Source: Rubripirellula sp. (lineage in GTDB: Bacteria; Planctomycetota; Planctomycetia; Pirellulales; Pirellulaceae). From it: DNA of 64,000 nt. Shown piece after piece: positions 10,368 to 18,890 of this stretch. The stretch spans positions 3,008,001 through 3,072,000 of the forward strand of contig OZ244207.1 in assembly GCA_965216875.1 (NCBI GenBank), read 5' to 3'. Below the pieces are notes generated by a model, which was given only the letters and a program-made list of their open reading frames with translations, ran no database searches and was not told where the DNA came from. The translations under genes were made by a program, and so were the position numbers. How positions within the stretch are numbered: position 1 is the stretch's first letter; each line of letters begins with the position of its first letter.

Positions 10368-11041
10368 GGGGAGCGAGACAACATTTGATCTCGTTTTTCA
10401 AGTAGCCAATCACACCACTGCTTGATTCCTTCATCCCGCAGTGCCGAGCTTTGCAGGACGTCGAGCTCGCCACGAATGTCTCGGGCATCTTCCCAAACTC
10501 GATCGACCGAAAAGGGAAGATGTGGCAAGAGGTCCGTCTTCGTCACCATCATCAAGTCGCTTGTGCGGAACATTTTGGGATACTTGCCCGGTTTGTCATC
10601 ACCCTCCGTCGTGCTTATCAAAACCACACGCTGATGCTCGCCCAAATCATGAGACGCCGGGCATACCAAGTTGCCAACATTCTCGATGAATAGAAACTCG
10701 TACTCCAAATCGGGCAGGCGCCCGAGTCCGCGCTGGACCAACTCCAGTTCGAGGTGACAGGCGCCACCCGTCGTTAATTGCCTCACGGGCACATAGGGTT
10801 CCAACCGCTGGGCATCGCGGTCGGTGGCGAGATCGCCAACCAAAACTGCCATGCGATGCTCGCCTGCCCAATACCTTGCCGTCGCTTCAAGCAATGCCGT
10901 TTTGCCTGCCCCCGGTGACGAGACAAGATTGACCACCAAGGTTCCAGCCTGGGTCCAGCGTTCTCTTTGGGCGTCAGCGGCTCTCTTTCGCTCTTCTTGA
11001 AGGTCGCGATTGACCGAAATCGTTTTCGTCGAAACGTTCAT
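10364..11041 (-). CDS. hypB: Hydrogenase nickel incorporation GTPase HypB
   Basis: SSPGAGKT, GGACHL, ENVGNLVCPA, EGDDKPGKYP, TKTD. Confidence 0.97.
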   Translation of the reverse strand: MNVSTKTISVNRDLQEERKRAADAQRERWTQAGTLVVNLVSSPGAGKTALLEATARYWAGEHRMAVLVGDLATDRDAQRLEPYVPVRQLTTGGACHLELELVQRGLGRLPDLEYEFLFIENVGNLVCPASHDLGEHQRVVLISTTEGDDKPGKYPKMFRTSDLMMVTKTDLLPHLPFSVDRVWEDARDIRGELDVLQSSALRDEGIKQWCDWLLEKRDQMLSRSP

Positions 11042-11418
11042 TGGCTCACACTACCCGCACTCACTTCTTCCAAACCGATCTCTAACAACATAACCGCGTC
11101 ACCCGACTCGACGCGAACGTGACGTGAATCACAACTTGGACATAGGAACTTGAACGACTCGACGGCAAAGTCGTGCTGGCAATCGCTGCAAACGGCTCTC
11201 AGCTCGGATTCGACGATCTCCAGCATTGCTCCCTCAAGTCCGTAGCGTCCGGCAAGTTGAGCAAACGCGATTTGCATCAACGTCGGCTCGACACCCGATA
11301 GAGGTCCAACCGAGATCGAAATGGATGAAACTTGGGTTGAGGGATCGTCGTTCGATTCCTCACCAGCTATCTCCGTGACCTGCCGCAGCAACGATCGCAC
11401 AATCGAAAATTCATGCAT
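11038..11418 (-). CDS. hypA: Hydrogenase nickel metallochaperone HypA
   Basis: MHEFSI start, CSDC...CPSC zinc site. Confidence 0.95.
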   Translation of the reverse strand: MHEFSIVRSLLRQVTEIAGEESNDDPSTQVSSISISVGPLSGVEPTLMQIAFAQLAGRYGLEGAMLEIVESELRAVCSDCQHDFAVESFKFLCPSCDSRHVRVESGDAVMLLEIGLEEVSAGSVSQ

Positions 11419-11920
11419 GCGAAAGCTCTCCGGCGATTCGATCAGCACACCGAGTGACAAGTGATTTTGCGGTCTCGTTCACATCCAATCGATTGATTCG
11501 AGCTGGCAGCGCCCAAAGCGTGACCTGATCTGGCAGACGCCCGAGCTGATTCGCGAGCGTCAAGACGGACACAAGATCGAGCTGATGCGACGATGTCGAA
11601 CAAAGCTCACTTGTGATTGCGATAGGGCTCCCGTCTTCGGCCACAAGAAAAGAAGCTTCCGTTCCGATCAAGCCCCAATCGACTCGAAAACACAAAATGT
11701 CAGCTTCTTCTTCGCCTTCGCATTGATACGCATCAACGACATGAAGCGGATGCTCAGCACTCACAACGTCCATCAAACAGTGTGGAACCTTCAACTGATG
11801 CGTCGTTACATTCATGCCATCGCGCGCACCAAGTTCCTCGGCGACCCTCCATCCCAGTTGGTCATCGCCAAAGGGGCTGCCAACGCCAACGACCAGCGGT
11901 TGTTTCTCGTCCCCACTCAT
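11411..11920 (-). CDS. Hydrogenase maturation endopeptidase (HycI/HybD family)
   Basis: VGVGSPFGDDQLG, VVDA, SSHQL; lies directly after the large subunit. Confidence 0.88.
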   Translation of the reverse strand: MSGDEKQPLVVGVGSPFGDDQLGWRVAEELGARDGMNVTTHQLKVPHCLMDVVSAEHPLHVVDAYQCEGEEEADILCFRVDWGLIGTEASFLVAEDGSPIAITSELCSTSSHQLDLVSVLTLANQLGRLPDQVTLWALPARINRLDVNETAKSLVTRCADRIAGELSHA

Positions 11921-13218
11921 TTCCTGGTCACGTTCAGTTTCAAGAAGTGTGTCGAGCAACTAATGCATGGATCAAAACTTCGAATCAGCTTCTCACACTC
12001 TTTCGCCGCATCCTCGTCGGAACGGTTGAGCAAATCGGGCAGCAACATGCGCAAGTCCGATTCGATTTGCCCTTGGTTTTGCGCCGTCGGCGGGACAATT
12101 CTCGCAAACTCGACCAAACCGTCTTTGTCGACCCGGTAACGGTTATAGATCAATCCGCGCGGTGCTTCGGTCGCCGACACGCCTTGTCCCGCAACGGGTT
12201 CGTAAGCAGCACGTGATGGCGACGGAGGCTCGTAGGTGCTGATGATCTCGATCGCTTCTTCGTAGGCATGAACAACTTCAATCGCCCGCGCAACGATCGA
12301 TTGATAGGGGTTGAAGCAAGGCCACTCGATTGGCACTTCTTCTGCGATCCGGCGAGCAATGGGGAACAAATTCCTTCGATTGAGGTTCATTCGGGCCAAT
12401 GGACCAACTGCGTAGGGCAATTGATCCGGCGCCCGCACACTCTGCAGCGCCGTACTGTGCGGCACTTGTGTCTCCGTGAAATGCTGCTCGTAGTCGGTCA
12501 CATCAATCTTCAATCCACGCGTCGATTCGATGCGTCCCTCGTTCATGGGATACTCGTCATCATGGACAAGAGCAACCATTTCACACGGGCTCAGGAAATC
12601 AGGAAATTCCAACTCACCAGTCCATTGGGCGACTTCTACCGACGCGTCGAGTCCCCAGCGGTATTCGTCTAGCAATGTTTGCAAATCGGACTTGCCGGGT
12701 GAACGATAGAATCCACCCACAGCGACATTCACTGGATTCACAGCACGTCCACCGAGCACTTCAAGGAGTTCATTCCCGAGCTTCTTCAGTTTCAGACCTC
12801 GATTGACTTCGTCCGGCAGGATCTTCGCCAATTCGATGCTGCTGTCGCATTGAAAAAAGTCCGGGAGATGCAACAGGTGCATGTGCACGCCGTGACTCTC
12901 GATCCATTCGGCGCAATAGAGCAGCCTACGAAGCCTTCTTACCTCGGGGCTGATTTCAATTCCGAGTGCTGACTCGAGCGAGTGAACCGAAGTCATTTGA
13001 TACGCGACCGGGCAAATCCCGCAAATCCGCGCGGTGATGTCGGGGGCCTCCTCTAGCCGGCGGCCTCTCAGCATCGCTTCAAAAAAACGTGGTGGCTCGT
13101 AGATCGCCAACTCGACGGCCGTCACCCGGTCACCCTCGACCGTCACGTTCAATGCGCCTTCACCTTCCACACGAGTAAGTGCGCCGACGCTGATCTTGCG
13201 GGCCCCGGACTTCGTCAC
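11917..13218 (-). CDS. hyhL: Group 3b [NiFe]-hydrogenase large (alpha) subunit
   Basis: TRVEGEG, L1 ARICGICPVAY, EAPRG, L2 DPCISCSTH followed by a short cleavable tail. Confidence 0.95.
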   Translation of the reverse strand: MTKSGARKISVGALTRVEGEGALNVTVEGDRVTAVELAIYEPPRFFEAMLRGRRLEEAPDITARICGICPVAYQMTSVHSLESALGIEISPEVRRLRRLLYCAEWIESHGVHMHLLHLPDFFQCDSSIELAKILPDEVNRGLKLKKLGNELLEVLGGRAVNPVNVAVGGFYRSPGKSDLQTLLDEYRWGLDASVEVAQWTGELEFPDFLSPCEMVALVHDDEYPMNEGRIESTRGLKIDVTDYEQHFTETQVPHSTALQSVRAPDQLPYAVGPLARMNLNRRNLFPIARRIAEEVPIEWPCFNPYQSIVARAIEVVHAYEEAIEIISTYEPPSPSRAAYEPVAGQGVSATEAPRGLIYNRYRVDKDGLVEFARIVPPTAQNQGQIESDLRMLLPDLLNRSDEDAAKECEKLIRSFDPCISCSTHFLKLNVTRK

Positions 13219-14030
13219 GATACGATTCCCTGGTCAGTGTGTGGATCGATTCGGTCGCCGCAATCGCGAAACGCGGGCGCACTTGAACTGACGTTGCGCA
13301 GAAGCTGTACCAACTCTCCTGTCGGAACGCCCGATTCAAGATGGTGGTCTGCCAAGGCATCGCAATTCGCCTGCGTGACCGGCCCAAAGCACCCATAACA
13401 GCCGCGATGAAACTTTGGACAGAGCGCGCCACATCCAGATTGAGTGATTGGACCTAGACAGGGAATTGAGCCTGCAACCGAGACGCAAACCAATCCGGAG
13501 CGTTTGCAATCGAGACAAACGCTGTGCCGCGGCGTCTTGGGACGTCGTCCCCGTACAAGTGAAAGGAGGACTTCGAGCAATTGATGTTTATCAACTGGAC
13601 AACCACGCAACTCGAAATCAACGGTCACATGATCGGCGATCGCGGTCGACGTCGAAAGCGTCGAGATGTAGGCCGGCGTGGCGTAGACATGACGCACGAA
13701 CTCGCTGTGATCCGCCCAGTTTTTTAACGATTGAATGCCGCCCGATGTTGCACAGGCTCCAATCGACACCAAAACCATTGCCTGTTTACGTATCTCGACG
13801 ATTCGCTTGCGGTCTTCCGGCGTCGTGATCGAACCTTCGACCAGCACGATGTCATAGGGTCCATTTTCAATCCGGCTCGTTGCCTCAAGGAAGTGAACGA
13901 TCTCGACCATCTCGGCCAAAGGCAAAAGTTCGTCCTCACACGAAAGCAACTGAAGCTGACATCCGTCACAGGATGCAAATTTGAAGACGGCCAGCTTTGG
14001 GCGCGACTCGCTTTCAGCCGGTTTGTGCAT
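13215..14030 (-). CDS. hyhS: Group 3b [NiFe]-hydrogenase small (delta) subunit
   Basis: FASCDGCQ, VEGS, GACATSGG, GCP, C-terminal CLGP/CYGCFGP. Confidence 0.93.
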   Translation of the reverse strand: MHKPAESESRPKLAVFKFASCDGCQLQLLSCEDELLPLAEMVEIVHFLEATSRIENGPYDIVLVEGSITTPEDRKRIVEIRKQAMVLVSIGACATSGGIQSLKNWADHSEFVRHVYATPAYISTLSTSTAIADHVTVDFELRGCPVDKHQLLEVLLSLVRGRRPKTPRHSVCLDCKRSGLVCVSVAGSIPCLGPITQSGCGALCPKFHRGCYGCFGPVTQANCDALADHHLESGVPTGELVQLLRNVSSSAPAFRDCGDRIDPHTDQGIVS

Positions 14031-14032
14031 CG

Positions 14033-14899
14033 TCAGACTCCTTGGACATGCAGCCAATGAGCAACTCGGTCATACCGTAACACGGGGCCGTCCTTGCACA
14101 AGAATTCCGGGCCAAGTTGGCAGTGCCCACAGTGCCCAATCGCACAATTCATATTCCGTTCGAGTGAAACCCAAACGTTTTCCTTCTTGATGCCACGTTG
14201 AATCGCCGCCTCCGCAACATACCGCATCATGACCTCCGGCCCGCAGGTCAAAACAACTGCCCGCTCCGGCGACTGAAGGGGAAGCCGCTCGAGCAAGAGC
14301 GTCACCACACCGACGTTACCCTTCCAATCTTCATCGGGGCGATCAACCGTTGTTTGAACGGTAAGCCCGGTCGATCGCCAGCGGTCATATTCGCGCGAAT
14401 ACAAAAGATCACATGGCTGCCTTGCACCGACCAATACCGCGATGCGGTCGCCATCAATCAAACCAGCGGACAACTCATGGACCATTGCCCGAAGGGGCGC
14501 AAGACCGATGCCTCCGGCAACAATCACAACCTCAATCGGTTCGGCGCGACTGCGTTTGAGTGGGCTCGTAGGCCAAGCGGTGCCGAAGGGGCCACGCAAT
14601 CCGAATACATTGCCGGGCGCAACATCGATCGCGTTGGTAACCGAACCGACCGCACGAATCGTATGCCTCAACCCGGTCGGACTCGCGCCGGCGATCGAGA
14701 TCGCGGCTTCGCCGATTCCCGGCACGTACAGCATGTTGAATTGCCCGGGCAACCACGCGTACTGATCGTGAACCGCAGCATCGGCAAATCGGAACTCGAA
14801 CGTTTTCACACCCGGCGTCTCGTCGATCACATGCATCAACTCAACCTGCAGGGTTTCCCAGGGGTCGGTCGTTGGTCTTGGCATCGTTGACAACGTCAT
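14033..14899 (-). CDS. hyhG: Group 3b hydrogenase gamma subunit (FAD/NAD(P)-binding, 2Fe-2S)
   Basis: PGQFNML, RGPFG, AGGIGLAP, CGPEVMM, ERNMNCAIGHCGHCQ...CKDGP. Confidence 0.93.
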   Translation of the reverse strand: MTLSTMPRPTTDPWETLQVELMHVIDETPGVKTFEFRFADAAVHDQYAWLPGQFNMLYVPGIGEAAISIAGASPTGLRHTIRAVGSVTNAIDVAPGNVFGLRGPFGTAWPTSPLKRSRAEPIEVVIVAGGIGLAPLRAMVHELSAGLIDGDRIAVLVGARQPCDLLYSREYDRWRSTGLTVQTTVDRPDEDWKGNVGVVTLLLERLPLQSPERAVVLTCGPEVMMRYVAEAAIQRGIKKENVWVSLERNMNCAIGHCGHCQLGPEFLCKDGPVLRYDRVAHWLHVQGV

Positions 14900-16134
14900 G
14901 ACTCTTCCTTCACCACCGCGCAAGCCGATCCAGTCGCCGGTTGAACAACGGGCAGCGACCGGCGCCGAACCGGTTGGCTGCAAACTGCGGCGATCTCCTT
15001 TCTAACGTCAATCCCGACCGGACACCAAGTGATGCATCGACCGCATCCGACGCATCCCGAGGAGTCGAACTGGTCGTGCCAGGTAGCAAACTTGTGCGTC
15101 AACCATTGGCGATAGCGACTTCGCACATCCGCCCTGACAACGCCGTCAGCCGTGTAGGTGAAGTCGAGGTGAAAACAAGAGTCCCACTGCCGAACCCTTG
15201 CGACCTTTTCCTCGAGTAGGTCCGAATGGTCCGTCACGGTCGAACAAAAACAGGTCGGACATACCATCGTACAGTTGGTGCACGACAAACAGCGACTTGC
15301 AACATCGTCCCAATGAGGATGATCGGGTTGAGACAAAAGTTCGTCACGCAATCCATCCGTTTCGAAGTCTCGCGTCATGCTGGCCGCCGTCTCGGCGCTA
15401 ACCTGGGCAGCCAACTCGATTTCTCCGGCAGTAGCCGGACGCCTATTGACCTCACCGAGCACGCTCGCCCCTTTTCCACTACCAGTCTCAACCACAAACC
15501 CTTCATCCAACTCGCTCAAACAAAGGTCAAAATTGGCCTCACACTTTGGCCCCGTCCCCATCGTCGTGCAGAAGCAGGTGTCGGCGGCGGTCGAACAGTT
15601 CACGGCAATCAGAAAAAGTCGTTCACGCCGAGCCCGGTAGAACCGGTCAACATAGGGTCCACCAAGAAACACTTTGTCTTGGATTGCGATCGCTGCCAAC
15701 TCACACGATCGCACTCCTAGGAACGCAAACTGGTCGGTGGGCGGAGCGGGCGTTTTGAACTCCCAGCTTGTATCCGAATCGGTTTGATTGCTCGTTGCCG
15801 ACATCATCTCAAGCTCGGCAGGGAAAAGGTACTTCTTCCAGGAATGGGGTCCCACGTTGAAATGAAACCAACGCCCAGACGCGTCTTCGTTGAGCTCATA
15901 GTGACCGGCCCCCTGCGTGTCGGACATTCCGTAGGGCAGGGCAGAGGTCGACTCAATTTCGTCGTAAACGATTGCGTTTTGATCGATGGTTGGCGCAACG
16001 ACGCGAAAACCTTCTGCCTTCAAGACATCGATCAACGCCTGCAGCTGATCCTTGCCGATGAACTGCGGCCCGGACAACACCGTGTCTTTTTCTACTTCCG
16101 GCTTCGCTGAACGTTCCGACATCCTTTCCGACAT
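14896..16134 (-). CDS. hyhB: Group 3b hydrogenase beta subunit (4Fe-4S dicluster)
   Basis: GVRSCEL, CFC, CLSCTNCTMVCPTCFC, CVGCGRCITWCPVGID. Confidence 0.93.
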   Translation of the reverse strand: MSERMSERSAKPEVEKDTVLSGPQFIGKDQLQALIDVLKAEGFRVVAPTIDQNAIVYDEIESTSALPYGMSDTQGAGHYELNEDASGRWFHFNVGPHSWKKYLFPAELEMMSATSNQTDSDTSWEFKTPAPPTDQFAFLGVRSCELAAIAIQDKVFLGGPYVDRFYRARRERLFLIAVNCSTAADTCFCTTMGTGPKCEANFDLCLSELDEGFVVETGSGKGASVLGEVNRRPATAGEIELAAQVSAETAASMTRDFETDGLRDELLSQPDHPHWDDVASRCLSCTNCTMVCPTCFCSTVTDHSDLLEEKVARVRQWDSCFHLDFTYTADGVVRADVRSRYRQWLTHKFATWHDQFDSSGCVGCGRCITWCPVGIDVRKEIAAVCSQPVRRRSLPVVQPATGSACAVVKEES

Positions 16135-16601
16135 CACTGATCCTCGAAGTGATACAGGTCCAGCAACTGTAGACGCGTCGCCAACAATCGACTCGAAAGC
16201 GATTTGGCAACGAATTGCATGACTGCGTATCCGGTTTTCTCGTCCGCTTGACACAGTTTCCGCAGCGCTTCACCAGGGGCTTCGATCAGCGTTGCAGCGT
16301 CGATCACCTTCGCTGTCGCCGTCATCCGTCCGTCGCCCAGTAAGCCTGACCAGGCAAGCAACTGCCCTGGACCGACCGTCAAGATCTGCTGGCTCCCGCA
16401 CTTGGCCGTCACCATGTCAAGCGCGACCATTCCTTCACACACCAGGTAAAGCTGCTGGTGAATTTCGCCTTCGGCAAAGAGAATCGTTCCGCTCGGATAG
16501 CTGCTCAGCTTTGAGACATCGGCCAGCTTCGCAAGGACATCCTGATCACAGACCTGGATCTCGAGCTTGCGATACGCTTCGATTACCGCAGACGCACTCA
16601 C
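16134..16601 (-). CDS. Cyclic nucleotide-binding (Crp-like sensor) domain protein without HTH
   Basis: LFAEGE, LYLVCEGMV, GQLLAWS, TATA; ends SRLLATRLQLLDLY; stop overlaps the beta-subunit start. Confidence 0.85.
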   Translation of the reverse strand: MSASAVIEAYRKLEIQVCDQDVLAKLADVSKLSSYPSGTILFAEGEIHQQLYLVCEGMVALDMVTAKCGSQQILTVGPGQLLAWSGLLGDGRMTATAKVIDAATLIEAPGEALRKLCQADEKTGYAVMQFVAKSLSSRLLATRLQLLDLYHFEDQ

Positions 16602-16636
16602 CGTTGTGATTCCTTGCTGCTAAACCGTCACGAAGC

Positions 16637-16668
16637 GGCGCGTTGAGACGAAGGTCAATCAACGCGCC
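16637..16668. other. Intergenic stem-loop without U-tract
   Basis: ggcgcgttga (16637-46) pairs with tcaacgcgcc (16659-68), with an inner gac/gtc stem. Confidence 0.6.
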
Positions 16669-16696
16669 ATCGATACTGATTCGAGACCGAATCGCG

Positions 16697-17263
16697 TTAC
16701 GCCAAGGCTGCTTGAATCTCGTCCAAGACTTCTTGTTCGGCCTTCGAGATCTTTCCGAAACCGAGCACGCCTCCCGATGCTTCGGCCACGACCGTCGCGA
16801 TCTTCAGGATGTTCTTGGTCAACTGCACTGCAGCCGAATCCGAAAGCCCTTCGCTTACTGCCGCAGCATAGTGACGCCACACATCCCAGAGCGTACGTTT
16901 CGGTCGATGGGCCAACCAATTCTCGAGCAGTTGCGATGCAAGTCCATCGTCGTCGATACCGCGTTGATGCGCGGCTTTGAGAATCGCGTCGTGCTCTGGC
17001 TGAGTCACCGAATCATCGGCCCACGCAACAAACACCGCAGGAACGAGTGCCAACGCTGCGAGCGTCGTCGCTTCAATACCGGCTTCCACTAGCTCATCAA
17101 GCAATGCTTCGTCGGTCAGCCCGGTCGCTTTGCGAAGCGCATCGCGCGACTTGTCTTTCTCCATCGAGCGTCGCAGCTCTTCACGGAGTTTCTCATCGAC
17201 TCGGTGAAAGAACTCGTCCTCAAGCGCCCGTTCTCGTTGTGCAAATGCGTCTGTTTCATACAT
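16697..17263 (-). CDS. TerB-like helical protein with IF1/zeta-like N-terminal segment
   Basis: N-terminus DAFAQRERALEDEFF; VAWADDSVTQPE and VAEASGGVLGFGKISKAE resemble TerB-like folds. Confidence 0.7.
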   Translation of the reverse strand: MYETDAFAQRERALEDEFFHRVDEKLREELRRSMEKDKSRDALRKATGLTDEALLDELVEAGIEATTLAALALVPAVFVAWADDSVTQPEHDAILKAAHQRGIDDDGLASQLLENWLAHRPKRTLWDVWRHYAAAVSEGLSDSAAVQLTKNILKIATVVAEASGGVLGFGKISKAEQEVLDEIQAALA

Positions 17264-17334
17264 GGTTCTGGCCTCGAGATTAGAGTAGGGAATCCATTTC
17301 GGCGCTCGGCCGCTTTGGCCCAACGCGTTCTTAT

Positions 17335-17350
17335 TGCAAGCGCCGTTCCA
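17335..17350 (-). promoter_or_regulatory. Sigma54 (-24/-12) promoter for the TerB-like gene/hydrogenase operon
   Basis: Minus strand TGGAACGGCGCTTGCA = GG-N10-GC, one mismatch from TGGCACG-N4-TTGCW, about 70 nt upstream of the ATG at 17263. Confidence 0.72.
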
Positions 17351-17682
17351 ATTGCTGCCACATAACATTCTGGGCCAAAAAGTGGGCACGGCCGGGCGCG
17401 TTGACGATCACAAACCGTGCGTTTTCGCACGCACGAAGCCGGCGGCGCGCCGTTTCGCCCATTTCATCTGTGCACAATGGTGAGCGAACCCCCGTTGCTG
17501 GCTCGTCCATCGATCAGCATCCTTGGGGAAGCGGCCAGAGCGAAAAGACTCGTGTTGGCGGAACGCCGATTGCTTTGCAGAGAATCAACGAACATCAAAA
17601 TTCGGTTTGACCTCCGGTCACGCCGAGACGACTTATCCCGATCCCCTTCCGCTCGACGAAAAACCTCCGAACGACCACGTCC

Positions 17683-18684
17683 ATGCTCACCACCTCACCC
17701 TGGCAGCGAATTCGCGTGGGTGCCATCATCCTGGCATCCGTCTTCGTGATTGCCGTTTTGGGGTATCGGTTTCTCGGTGGCTACGACTGGATCGGCGCAA
17801 TTTGGATGGTCGTGATCACGATCTCGACCGTGGGGCATTCCGAGCGGAGCTCGTTCGGGCCTGGCCTGCAACTGCTGACCATCTTTGTCGTGTTGTTCGG
17901 AATGACGGCAGCGGTCTACACGTTTGGGGGCTTTTTTCAATTGGTGCTCGAAGGTGAACTCGATCGAATCATGGGAAAGCGGCGCATGAGCAATCAACTA
18001 CAACAGCTTTCGAATCACATCATCGTTTGCGGCTATGGGCGAATGGGGCAGCACCTGGTCCAAGATCTGGATTGCCATGACCACGCTCTTGTCGTGATCG
18101 ACAAAGATCCGGCCAAGGTCGAAGAAGCGCTCGAGTCGGGTCTGCTCTGTGTGCTTGGCGATGCGACCGACGAAGACCTCCTTGAAACGGTGCGTGTACG
18201 ACAGGCGAAAGCCCTCGTGACCAGCCTGCCAAGCGACGCCGATTGCGTCTTCATCACGCTCACAGCGCGCGACATGAACGCCGACCTTCAAATTGTGTCG
18301 CGAGCCGAGCAACAAAGCACCGAAAAGAAACTACGCCAAGCGGGAGCCAACCGAGTCGTGATGCCGACCATCGTCGGGGCCAAACAAATGGTCCGCATGG
18401 TTACTCGGCCAGGCACCGCGAACCTGATCGATCTGGTCACCGAATCGTCATTCGAAGACGTCGAACTCGACGAGGTGGAAGTTGTCGAGACGAGTCCGCT
18501 CGTTGGGAAACAATTACGAGAGGTCAGCGCGCTGCAGGAACTGCAATTGCTTGCCGTGGCCATTCAACGCCCCAAGTCGGATCTGATCTTCAGTCCGCGG
18601 GCCGAAGAAATCCTTGGAGTAGGCGACACGGTGATGCTGATGGGTCACCCAAGCGACATCCAGCGTTTCCGAAAGCTCTCCTAG
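17683..18684 (+). CDS. 2-TM potassium channel protein with TrkA-N/TrkA-C (RCK) domains
   Basis: TM-pore-TM with TISTVGHSE, Rossmann CGYGRMG, GDATD, AGANRVV, TrkA-C SPLVGK...GD. Confidence 0.92.
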   Translation: MLTTSPWQRIRVGAIILASVFVIAVLGYRFLGGYDWIGAIWMVVITISTVGHSERSSFGPGLQLLTIFVVLFGMTAAVYTFGGFFQLVLEGELDRIMGKRRMSNQLQQLSNHIIVCGYGRMGQHLVQDLDCHDHALVVIDKDPAKVEEALESGLLCVLGDATDEDLLETVRVRQAKALVTSLPSDADCVFITLTARDMNADLQIVSRAEQQSTEKKLRQAGANRVVMPTIVGAKQMVRMVTRPGTANLIDLVTESSFEDVELDEVEVVETSPLVGKQLREVSALQELQLLAVAIQRPKSDLIFSPRAEEILGVGDTVMLMGHPSDIQRFRKLS

Positions 18685-18706
18685 CGTGTAGCGACCTTCG
18701 CCGTTT

Positions 18707-18761
18707 GTAGTCCCGCCTTTAGGCGGTCTTTGAGAAGTTTCCGGCTAAAGCTCGGTACTAC
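18707..18761. repeat. GTAG-type REP doublet (REPIN-like)
   Basis: gtagtcccgcctttaggcgg with an inverted partner whose reverse complement is gtagtaccgagctttagccgg. Confidence 0.7.
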
Positions 18762-18890
18762 GAACTACCAGCTCAAAAGATCTCAGGCTATCTGGCGACA
18801 ATTCGCTTCTACACGCCGGTCCATTGCCGTGATAAATTGGTTTCATCACACAAAACGGCTCGTTTTCCCAACTCTGACGGTTCAATCCCA

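Noticed and set aside
16112..16134. Short direct repeat encoding MSER-MSER at the beta-subunit start
   Set aside because: In-frame 12-nt repeat that only makes the start codon ambiguous
17401..17414. FNR-box-like TTGAC-N4-ACAAA upstream of the hydrogenase promoter
   Set aside because: The right half-site matches ATCAA poorly, and FNR does not activate sigma54 promoters
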